Below are positions 8,726 to 16,045 of a stretch of 32,000 nt of DNA, piece after piece; positions within the stretch are counted from its first letter, which is position 1; the number at the start of each line of letters is the position of its first letter. The translations under genes were made by a program, and so were the position numbers. Below the pieces are notes generated by a model. That model saw nothing but the letters and a program-made list of their open reading frames with translations, ran no database searches and was not told the DNA's origin. This DNA comes from Megasphaera elsdenii DSM 20460 (GTDB lineage: Bacteria > Bacillota > Negativicutes > Veillonellales > Megasphaeraceae). The stretch lies in assembly GCF_003010495.1 (NCBI RefSeq), contig NZ_CP027570.1, positions 2,220,001-2,252,000 on the forward strand, in the 5' to 3' direction.

Positions 8726-9967
8726 ATGGAATCTATTATTCGCGATATCAAGTTAGCTAAAAGCGGTCATGAAAAAATCAGCTGGGTCGATCGTCATATG
8801 CCGGCCCTCAATGCCATTGGCGACAAACTGAAAGCCGACCAGACTTTTAAAGGCAAAACGATTTGCGTCAGCGTCCATCTCGAAGCCAAGACGGCTTATT
8901 TGGCCGAAGTCCTTCACCGGGCCGGCGCCAACGTCATCGTGACCGGCAGTAATCCTTTGTCCACACAGGACGACGTCGCAGCGGCTCTCGTCGAAGATGG
9001 TCTGACCGTCTATGCCTGGTATGGCGCAACCGATGAAGAATACTTCGATTTCCTCAATAAATCCCTGGACCATCACCCGGACATCATCATCGATGACGGC
9101 GGCGACCAGGTCCATCTCCTGCACACGACGCGGGCCGATGCCATGGAAAACCTCCTCGGCGGCACGGAAGAAACGACGACTGGCGTCAACCGTCTCCACG
9201 GTCTCGACAAAGCCGGCGAATTGAAGTTCCCCATGGTCGCAGCCAACGATTCGTACTGCAAATACCTCTTCGATAACCGTTATGGCACAGGCCAGTCCAC
9301 GTGGGACGGCATCATGCGCACGACGAACCTGACCGTCGTCGGCAAGAAAGTCGTCGTCGCCGGCTATGGTTGGTGCGGCAAGGGCTGCGCTATGCGTGCC
9401 AAAGGCCTCGGTGCCCATGTCATCGTCACCGAAGTTGATCCGATTAAAGCCATCGAAGCCGTTTTCGACGGGTTTGAAGTCATGCCCATGGCCGAAGCGG
9501 CTAAGGTCGGCGATATCTTCGTCACCCTCACCGGCGACAAGGACGTCATCCGCGGCGAACATATGAAGAACATGAAAGACGGCGTCGTCCTGGCCAATGC
9601 CGGTCATTTCGACGTAGAAATCAATAAACCTGAACTGGAAGCCCTGGCCGTCCGCCACTTTGAAGCCCGCCACAACATCGAAGGCTATGAACTCCCGAAC
9701 GGCCATGTCATCAACCTCCTGGCTGAAGGCCGTCTGGTCAATCTGGCTGCCGGCGACGGTCATCCGGCTGAAATCATGGACCTGTCCTTCGCCGTCCAGG
9801 CCCTGGCTGCCAAATACATCCTCGAACACCATGCCGAACTTGGCAACCACGTCTATGTCCTGCCTCATGAAATCGACACGGAAATCGCCAAGATTAAACT
9901 GGCTTCCATGGGTTATGCCATCGATACGCTCAGCGAAGAACAGCGCAAATACTTGAATCTCGACTAA
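8726..9967 (+). CDS. ahcY: Adenosylhomocysteinase family hydrolase, short archaeal/Thermotoga-type
   Basis: 413 aa. SVHLEAKTA, TGSNPLSTQDDVAAAL, DDGGD, EETTTGV, NAD site AGYGWCGKGCA, GHFDVEI. Confidence 0.88.
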   Translation: MESIIRDIKLAKSGHEKISWVDRHMPALNAIGDKLKADQTFKGKTICVSVHLEAKTAYLAEVLHRAGANVIVTGSNPLSTQDDVAAALVEDGLTVYAWYGATDEEYFDFLNKSLDHHPDIIIDDGGDQVHLLHTTRADAMENLLGGTEETTTGVNRLHGLDKAGELKFPMVAANDSYCKYLFDNRYGTGQSTWDGIMRTTNLTVVGKKVVVAGYGWCGKGCAMRAKGLGAHVIVTEVDPIKAIEAVFDGFEVMPMAEAAKVGDIFVTLTGDKDVIRGEHMKNMKDGVVLANAGHFDVEINKPELEALAVRHFEARHNIEGYELPNGHVINLLAEGRLVNLAAGDGHPAEIMDLSFAVQALAAKYILEHHAELGNHVYVLPHEIDTEIAKIKLASMGYAIDTLSEEQRKYLNLD

Positions 9968-9985
9968 GGACCAGGAGGGGAAACG

Positions 9986-11266
9986 ATGAAAAAACTGATT
10001 CAGCACGTAGCCCTCTACCAGGACCACCGCGTCTTAGAAGGACAGAATATCGCCATCGACGGCTCGCGCATCACGGGTTTTCCCGAAGCGCCGAAAGACT
10101 CGGAATACGATGAAGTCATCGACGGCAAGGGCATGCTGGCCCTGCCGGGCTTCGTCAATACCCATAACCATGTAGCCATGACGGTCTTCCGCAGTTATGC
10201 CGACGACATGCAGCTCATGGACTGGCTGGAAAAGAAAATCTGGCCGGCTGAAGCCAAACTGACGGATGATGTCATCTACGCCCAGTCCATGCTGGGCATT
10301 GCCGAAATGATCCGCTGTGGTACGACGGCTTATGCCGACATGTACGACCACATGGACCAGGAAGCCCGCGCCGTCGAAGAATCGGGAATCCGCGCCTGCT
10401 TATGCCGCGGCAGTATCGGCATCGGACCGAATGCCCAGGCCGGCCTTGATGAAAACCGCCAGCTCTTCCTCGACTGGCACGGCAAAGCCGATGGCCGCAT
10501 TACCGTCATGATGGGGCCTCACGCTCCCTATACGTGCCCGCCCGATTATCTCCATAAATTCGTCGACCAGGCCCGGGAATTGGGAGCAGAAATCCACATC
10601 CATCTCAGCGAAACCAAAGGGGAAGTGGAAAACATCAAGCAGCAATACGGCAAATCGCCGATCGCCTTGATGGATGAAATCGGCGTACTGGACTGCGGCT
10701 GCCTGGCCGCCCACTGCGTCTGGGTCGATGACGACGATATGGACATCATGGCAGAAAAACACGTCCGCGTCGCCCACAATCCGGGCAGCAACTTGAAGCT
10801 TGCCAGCGGCGTCGCACCGGTGCCCAAGATGCTGGCTAAAGGCATCACTGTCGGTCTCGGCACCGACGGGGCATCGAGCAACAATAACCTGGACATCGTC
10901 GAAGAAATGCGTCTGGCTACGCTCATCCACAAGGCCCATACCCTGGATCCCTTGGTCATTCCGGCCGAAACAGCCCTCAACATGCTGACCGAAGGCGGCG
11001 CCAAGTGCCTGGGATACACAGACGTAGGCAAATTGGAAACAGGCTATAAAGCCGACATTACCCTCGTCGACCGCGAAGGCCTGCACTGGTATCCTAAGAA
11101 CGACACTTTGAGTCTCATGGCTTACAGTGCCAACAGCATGGACGTCGATACGGTCCTGGTCAACGGCGAAGTCCTCTTGCGCCATAAAGAATTTACCAAA
11201 CTGGACATCGAAAAGATCAAAGCCGAAGCCGAACGGACCCGGAAGAAACTCTTTGCACAGATTTAA
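9986..11266 (+). CDS. mtaD: 5-methylthioadenosine/S-adenosylhomocysteine deaminase (amidohydrolase superfamily)
   Basis: 426 aa. Metal ligands FVNTHNHVAMT and HIHLSETKGE, AHCVW, GLGTDGASSNN. Confidence 0.85.
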   Translation: MKKLIQHVALYQDHRVLEGQNIAIDGSRITGFPEAPKDSEYDEVIDGKGMLALPGFVNTHNHVAMTVFRSYADDMQLMDWLEKKIWPAEAKLTDDVIYAQSMLGIAEMIRCGTTAYADMYDHMDQEARAVEESGIRACLCRGSIGIGPNAQAGLDENRQLFLDWHGKADGRITVMMGPHAPYTCPPDYLHKFVDQARELGAEIHIHLSETKGEVENIKQQYGKSPIALMDEIGVLDCGCLAAHCVWVDDDDMDIMAEKHVRVAHNPGSNLKLASGVAPVPKMLAKGITVGLGTDGASSNNNLDIVEEMRLATLIHKAHTLDPLVIPAETALNMLTEGGAKCLGYTDVGKLETGYKADITLVDREGLHWYPKNDTLSLMAYSANSMDVDTVLVNGEVLLRHKEFTKLDIEKIKAEAERTRKKLFAQI

Positions 11267-11350
11267 TGTTTGAGGTTTGATGTTTGAGGCAATGGCTTTT
11301 AAATTTTGTCCCATCCACATCAAACTTTCAACTTCAAACTTCAAACTCAA
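11267..11350 (+). repeat. Heptamer-built imperfect inverted repeat immediately after the mtaD stop
   Basis: The left arm (11267-11289) contains GTTTGAG GTTTGAT GTTTGAG G from 11268. The right arm (11321-11348) is CAAACTT TCAACTT CAAACTT CAAACTC. The arms are complementary if G:U pairs are allowed (GUUUGAGG with CUUCAAAC) and are separated by about 30 nt. Confidence 0.6.
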
Positions 11351-11353
11351 AAA

Positions 11354-11386
11354 GGTGCTGTCGCATGAAGACAGCGCCTTTTTTTT
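11354..11386 (+). terminator. Rho-independent terminator of the hslO-mtaD operon
   Basis: GGTGCTGTC pairs with GACAGCGCC (one G:U), 7-nt loop, then T8. Confidence 0.85.
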
Positions 11387-11391
11387 GCCCA

Positions 11392-11414
11392 TACCTGTAA
11401 TAAATTACAGTGTA
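11392..11414 (+). promoter_or_regulatory. 23-nt conserved operator-like motif, copy 1 (7-2-7 palindrome CTGTAAT-AA-ATTACAG)
   Basis: TACCTGTAATAAATTACAGTGTA is identical to 21322-21344. It overlaps a -35-like TGTATC (11411-11416), followed by 16 nt and TAGAAT (11433-11438). Confidence 0.6.
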
Positions 11415-11496
11415 TCTATTTTTTATATTTAGTAGAATGATAGTAAGGATAAATGCTTATGGATTTTTGAACATGGAAAATAAGGAGGCCAGCGTC

Positions 11497-12231
11497 ATGA
11501 AAGGGAAAAAGGGTTGGAAGCAGAGGGCCTGTCTGTGTCTGATGGTTTTTCTCATCGGCCTGTCCGGACTGGCTGGCGCTTCCAGCAGAGATGATATCTA
11601 TAGGGAGAAACTGGATATCCTGTATGCCATGGTCCAAAGTGGCAGCAGCTATATTCTCTTCGGTGAGGAACGGGACGACCTGATGGCCGTCTGGGAAGGC
11701 GTGCGGGCTCTGTCCCCGGAACAGGGGCTGGAAGCGGTGAAGTACCAGCTGCTGGACTGCAACGGAGACGGGAAGCCGGAGCTGCTGATCGGTCAGGATA
11801 ACCGGCTCATTAACCTGTTCACCATCCGGGACGGCCAGCTCCATCAGGTGTTCAGCGGCTTTTACCGGAACGCTTGGTACTATCTGGGAAACGGACGGTT
11901 CCTGAACCAGGGATCCGGGGGTGCCAGCCTTTCCATACTGGGAGAATACCATCTGGACGGGAATGGGAACCTGGTGTGTGAAAGCTATTATTTTACCCAT
12001 TGGGATCCGGCTGTAGAGAAAATGGAAGTGTACTGGAATACCTTTGGAGTCCCGGACATCACCTTGTCGGAGAAAAAAGATATGACGATGGATCAGTTCG
12101 GTAAACTCCAAGAGAAGCTGAGGAACAAGGTGAAAAAACTGTCCTGGAAGTCCTTGGCCCGTTACGGCAAAGGTCGTGTGGATGTAGAAGGGAAGGCACG
12201 GGTCACGGCCGCAGGGAAGGTCAAGCGTTAG
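11497..12231 (+). CDS. Exported protein of unknown function (signal peptide; DxNGDGxxELL loop)
   Basis: AAGGAGG at 11482-11488 sits 8 nt before ATG 11497, so I prefer this start to the ORF-track start at 11410. MKGKKGWKQRACLCLMVFLIGLSGLAGASS looks like a signal peptide. Confidence 0.65.
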   Translation: MKGKKGWKQRACLCLMVFLIGLSGLAGASSRDDIYREKLDILYAMVQSGSSYILFGEERDDLMAVWEGVRALSPEQGLEAVKYQLLDCNGDGKPELLIGQDNRLINLFTIRDGQLHQVFSGFYRNAWYYLGNGRFLNQGSGGASLSILGEYHLDGNGNLVCESYYFTHWDPAVEKMEVYWNTFGVPDITLSEKKDMTMDQFGKLQEKLRNKVKKLSWKSLARYGKGRVDVEGKARVTAAGKVKR

Positions 12232-12265
12232 CTATTCATAGGCATGGTATTCTCGGAGGTGACAG

Positions 12266-13069
12266 ATGATGAAACAATTTGGCAAGACGAAATGGACGGG
12301 GTTGCTGCGATGTACCCTTCTGACCCTGCTGCTGGTCATGATGATGGCCCCAACGGCGCTGGGGGCCCGGAGAACTGTCCTGGTCCACAATGTAAGGGAA
12401 ATGATGGAGGCTCTTGGTGACCATACGGAAATCATCCTGGCACCGGGCCAGTACAACCTGTCTGCCTGGCTGCGGGGACCCTTTGCGGACCCGGTGATTC
12501 ACAACTTCGCCTGGAATCCCATCAGTCCTCCGGGGCTGTACTGGGTCTATCATGAACTGGAACTGGCCGGATTCCAGGATTTGACCATCCGGGGACAGGA
12601 TACCGAGGCCATCACGGCAGAAATCGTCACGGAGGACCCCTATTCCTCGGTGTTTAAATTCCTGAACTGCCAGCAAATCCGGCTGGCTCATCTCCGGTTC
12701 GGGCATATCCAGCAAGAAGGCCACTGTACCGGAGCTGTGCTGAATCTGGAACAGGTGAAAGATGCCAGTCTGGATCACCTGGATCTGTACGGTTGCGGGA
12801 CTTATGGGTACGAAGCCCGGAGATGCAAAAACATCCTCCTTAGGGACAGCGTAATCCGCAGCTGTACCTATGGTCTGGTCAGTGCCACAGAGTGCCAGAA
12901 TCTAAAGATCGTCCGGACCACTTTCAAAGACACCAGCACGAATCTCTCACTTTTTGAAGTGAATCATTCCCGGTTGGAACTACTTGACTGCACCTTCCAG
13001 AATGTACTGGGAAAGATTAACAGCCTGGATATGACAGAGGGAAAGGTAATCCAAATTTACGAGATTTAA
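12266..13069 (+). CDS. Exported protein of unknown function, probably a parallel beta-helix fold
   Basis: Signal peptide (LLTLLLVMMMAPTALGA). The C-terminal half shows ~22-aa periodic segments rich in C/G/N/T (HLDLYGCGTYGYEARRCKNILLRDSVIRSCTYGLVSATECQNLKIVRTTF). RBS GGAGGTG. Confidence 0.6.
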   Translation: MMKQFGKTKWTGLLRCTLLTLLLVMMMAPTALGARRTVLVHNVREMMEALGDHTEIILAPGQYNLSAWLRGPFADPVIHNFAWNPISPPGLYWVYHELELAGFQDLTIRGQDTEAITAEIVTEDPYSSVFKFLNCQQIRLAHLRFGHIQQEGHCTGAVLNLEQVKDASLDHLDLYGCGTYGYEARRCKNILLRDSVIRSCTYGLVSATECQNLKIVRTTFKDTSTNLSLFEVNHSRLELLDCTFQNVLGKINSLDMTEGKVIQIYEI

Positions 13070-13082
13070 ATCAATTAACCGT

Positions 13083-13110
13083 TTGACACTTTACATATCA
13101 AATATAAAAT
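13083..13110 (+). promoter_or_regulatory. Near-consensus sigma-70-type promoter with no obvious gene (TTGACA-16-TAAAAT)
   Basis: TTGACA at 13083-13088 and TAAAAT at 13105-13110, in an AT-rich patch. It reads into a 24-codon coding-like remnant at 13140-13213. Confidence 0.45.
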
Positions 13111-13217
13111 GATACAATTCCTAACCTCATCTGTCTCATTTGGCTGAAGAAAAAGTCGTCGTCCGCGAAAAGAAGGGCAAAGAAGTCGACTACGAAGAAT
13201 TGACGGCTCATTAGGCT

Positions 13218-13245
13218 TTGCAAGTCCACCCTTTCCTTGTATAAT
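13218..13245 (+). promoter_or_regulatory. Promoter of the M48 peptidase gene (TTGCAA-16-TATAAT)
   Basis: TTGCAA at 13218-13223 and TATAAT at 13240-13245, about 40 nt before ATG 13285. Confidence 0.6.
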
Positions 13246-13284
13246 GAAAGTATAGATTTCCGTTACAGGGGAAGGGTGATTTTT

Positions 13285-14376
13285 ATGAACATGAAGAAAA
13301 AAGCAGCTGCTGCCTGTGTGGCAGTCATGGCCGCAGTTTCACTGCCTATGGGTATCGTGCCGGTCCAGCCGGTCCAGGCAGACCTCATTACCGATGTCAT
13401 CGGCGGCCTCCAGGTGAAGTCGGCCCTGAGCAAGCAGATCAAGCACTACGATACGACCAAGGAAGGGCAGAACGAGATTTACCAGGCCGTCACCAAGCGG
13501 ACCGGCGTCCTCGATAATGAGTATTATAATGAACGGTTGGCGTCCATCATGAACCGCCTCAGCCACAGCATCGCCCAGACGGACTCCAGTATCAAGACCT
13601 TGCCCTACCGCTGGTATGTCAGCCCGGACAAGACGTTCAACGCGGCCTGCACCATGGGCCACGTCATGATTGTCAACAAGGGCATGTTCGATCTGGTCAG
13701 CAACGATGATGAAATCGCCGTCGTCTTGGGCCACGAAATGGGCCATGGCCAGAAACACCACGTCGCCAATTCGACGCAGAAGAAGGTCAATGTTGAAATC
13801 GGCAAGATGGTCCTGGCCGACACGATTGGCGGCTCCGGCCTGAACAACCTCATCCTCAATACGATCAGCAACCAGATCGAGACGGTCCACATCGACCGGG
13901 CTGCCGAATGGGAAGCGGACAACCTGTCCTTCGGTTATATCACTGGGGCCGGCTATAATCCCGGCGCGACGGCCGCCATCTGGCAGCGGGTCATGGAAAA
14001 ATATGGCGACAACACGAGCGACTTCGTCGGGGAAATCTTCTCGCCGTCGGATCATCCGTCCCATCAGGAACGGCGCGACAGTTACGCCAAGAAGCTCTAT
14101 GAAATGAGCGGCAAGCATGCCAGCGTCAAAGACGGTACAGTCTACGTCAATGGCAAGAAATTCATCAAGCCTGCCGCCACGTACAGCATGAGCAGTGCCG
14201 AACGGTCCTATTTCGTCCTGGGCAACCTGGCTGCCGCGTATCAGAACGGCCACAGCAAGCAGCCGGCTACGGCATCTGGCGGTACGCTCTACTTAGGGCC
14301 CCAGAATATCATGACGCCTGTCAACGGCGACCCGTCGGCAGAAGAACTGGCAGCGCAGCTCAATAAAATCAAATAA
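13285..14376 (+). CDS. Exported M48-family zinc metallopeptidase
   Basis: HEXXH in VLGHEMGHGQKHH, downstream EWEADN (third ligand). Signal peptide MNMKKKAAAACVAVMAAVSLPMGIVPVQPVQA. RBS AGGGTGA lies 5-6 nt before ATG 13285. Confidence 0.8.
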   Translation: MNMKKKAAAACVAVMAAVSLPMGIVPVQPVQADLITDVIGGLQVKSALSKQIKHYDTTKEGQNEIYQAVTKRTGVLDNEYYNERLASIMNRLSHSIAQTDSSIKTLPYRWYVSPDKTFNAACTMGHVMIVNKGMFDLVSNDDEIAVVLGHEMGHGQKHHVANSTQKKVNVEIGKMVLADTIGGSGLNNLILNTISNQIETVHIDRAAEWEADNLSFGYITGAGYNPGATAAIWQRVMEKYGDNTSDFVGEIFSPSDHPSHQERRDSYAKKLYEMSGKHASVKDGTVYVNGKKFIKPAATYSMSSAERSYFVLGNLAAAYQNGHSKQPATASGGTLYLGPQNIMTPVNGDPSAEELAAQLNKIK

Positions 14377-14433
14377 TGATTGAACAGCATAACTAAAGGC
14401 AAAATGGCCGTGTGCTATGTATATTTTATATCT

Positions 14434-14467
14434 ATCACCTGTAGTAAAATACAGGTGATTTTTTTTT
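14434..14467 (+). terminator. Rho-independent terminator after the M48 gene
   Basis: ATCACCTGTA and TACAGGTGAT form a perfect 10-bp stem with a 6-nt loop, then T9. Confidence 0.88.
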
Positions 14468-14533
14468 GAAATAAGCTATCCTATAAGCAAGAAAAGAATT
14501 TTACAAGAATAGTTACGAAAAGGAGGTAGTCTT

Positions 14534-16024
14534 ATGGGTTTGATCAAAGCGGCAATGGGAGCAGCCGGCGGTGTCCTGGCTGACCAGTGGAAGGAATTTT
14601 TCTATTGTGATAGTATGCCCCCTGATATCCTCATGATGAAAGGGCAGAAGCAGACGAGTTCGCGCGGCCGCAGTTCCAATACGAGCGGCGAAGACAATAT
14701 CATTTCCAACGGCTCGAAGATTGCCGTCAACAACGGCCAGTGCATGATGATCGTCGAATCGGGCAAGGTCGTCGACGTCTGCAACGAACCGGGCGAATAT
14801 ATCTACGATATGTCGACAGAACCGTCCATCTTTACGGGAGGCCTCGAACAGGGGCTCCGGGATATGTGGGGCCAGATGAAGGAACGCTTCACCTTTGGCG
14901 GCGATACGGGCAAGGACCAGCGGGTCTACTACTTCAACATGAAAGAGCTCATCGGCAATAAGTACGGCACGCCGCAGGAAGTCCCGTTCAAGATGAAAGA
15001 CCCCGATACGGGTCAGATTCTCTTGATCCGCCTGCGCTGTTTCGGCGAATACAGCTATCGCATCGTCGACCCGGTCCTGTTCTATACCAACGTAGCGAGC
15101 AACGTCGCCGACCGGTATGAACGCAGCCAGATCGACAGCCAGCTGAAATCGGAACTGCTCAACGCCCTGCAGCCGGCCTTCGCCAAGCTCAGTGCCCAGC
15201 GTATCGACTATGTCGAACTGCCGGGGCGGACCTTTGAAATCGCCGACGCCCTGAATGAAGTCCTGTCCAAGCGCTGGCGGGAACTGCGCGGTCTGGAAAT
15301 CGTATCCTTCGGCATCAACAGCATCAAGGCCAATGAAGAAGATGAAGCGAAGATCCAGAAAGTACAGATGGGCAAGACCCTGTCGGATCCGTCGCTGGCC
15401 ATGGGTGCCATGGCCGATGCCACCAGCGATTCCCTGCGCATGGCGGCCCAGAATGAAGGCGGTGGCGGCGCGGCTTTCGGCTTCATGAATATGAATATGG
15501 CCGGCAATGCCGGTGCCGGCATGTATCAGCAGATGGCTCAGCAGCAGGAGCTGATGGAACGGCGGCAACGACTGATGGACCATCAGCAGTTAGAAGCTGA
15601 AATGGCCCGAGTGAAGGCCGAAGCAGAACGGGGCGTAGCTGCGCAGGCAGGCAGCTGGACCTGCCCGCAATGCGGCACGGCAAACCTGGGCAAGTTCTGC
15701 CTGAACTGCGGCACGAAGAAACCGGAACCCAAGCCGGCCGATACGTGGGACTGCGACTGCGGCCAGACTGGCAATACGGGGAAATTCTGTATGAACTGCG
15801 GTAAGGCCAAGCCCGAAGGGAAAGCGCCGGAAGCGGGTTGGACCTGTCCCAAGTGCGGCGCTGTCAATCAGGGCAAGTTCTGCATGGAATGTGGGACTCA
15901 GAAGCCGGCTGACGCACCGCTTTTCAAGTGCGACAAGTGCGGCTGGCAGCCGCCGGATCCGCATCATCCGCCGAAATTCTGCCCTCAGTGCGGCGATCCT
16001 TTCGACGAGCACGATCAACAATAG
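14534..16024 (+). CDS. SPFH/Band-7-like protein (B. subtilis YdjI-like, COG4260 type) with four C-terminal zinc ribbons
   Basis: N-terminus MGLIKAAMGAAGGVLADQWKEFF... followed by an SPFH-like body, then a Q/M-rich coiled segment, then four CxxC...CxxC repeats. RBS AAGGAGG. Confidence 0.7.
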   Translation: MGLIKAAMGAAGGVLADQWKEFFYCDSMPPDILMMKGQKQTSSRGRSSNTSGEDNIISNGSKIAVNNGQCMMIVESGKVVDVCNEPGEYIYDMSTEPSIFTGGLEQGLRDMWGQMKERFTFGGDTGKDQRVYYFNMKELIGNKYGTPQEVPFKMKDPDTGQILLIRLRCFGEYSYRIVDPVLFYTNVASNVADRYERSQIDSQLKSELLNALQPAFAKLSAQRIDYVELPGRTFEIADALNEVLSKRWRELRGLEIVSFGINSIKANEEDEAKIQKVQMGKTLSDPSLAMGAMADATSDSLRMAAQNEGGGGAAFGFMNMNMAGNAGAGMYQQMAQQQELMERRQRLMDHQQLEAEMARVKAEAERGVAAQAGSWTCPQCGTANLGKFCLNCGTKKPEPKPADTWDCDCGQTGNTGKFCMNCGKAKPEGKAPEAGWTCPKCGAVNQGKFCMECGTQKPADAPLFKCDKCGWQPPDPHHPPKFCPQCGDPFDEHDQQ

Positions 16025-16045
16025 CGTAAGAAATGAGGTGAGCTT

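Noticed and set aside
11396-11411. The CTGT-N8-ACAG core of the 23-mer matches the gammaproteobacterial LexA (SOS) box pattern.
   Set aside because: The host looks like a Firmicute, where LexA recognises a GAAC-N4-GTTC type site. The downstream genes are exported proteins and an adhesin, not SOS functions. I kept the motif as an unassigned or NarL-type operator instead.
13285-16024. The M48 peptidase next to the SPFH protein could be a protease-scaffold pair like HflKC-FtsH.
   Set aside because: A strong terminator (14434-14467) separates them. The peptidase has a cleavable-looking signal peptide rather than the HtpX-type membrane topology, so functional coupling is not supported by the sequence.
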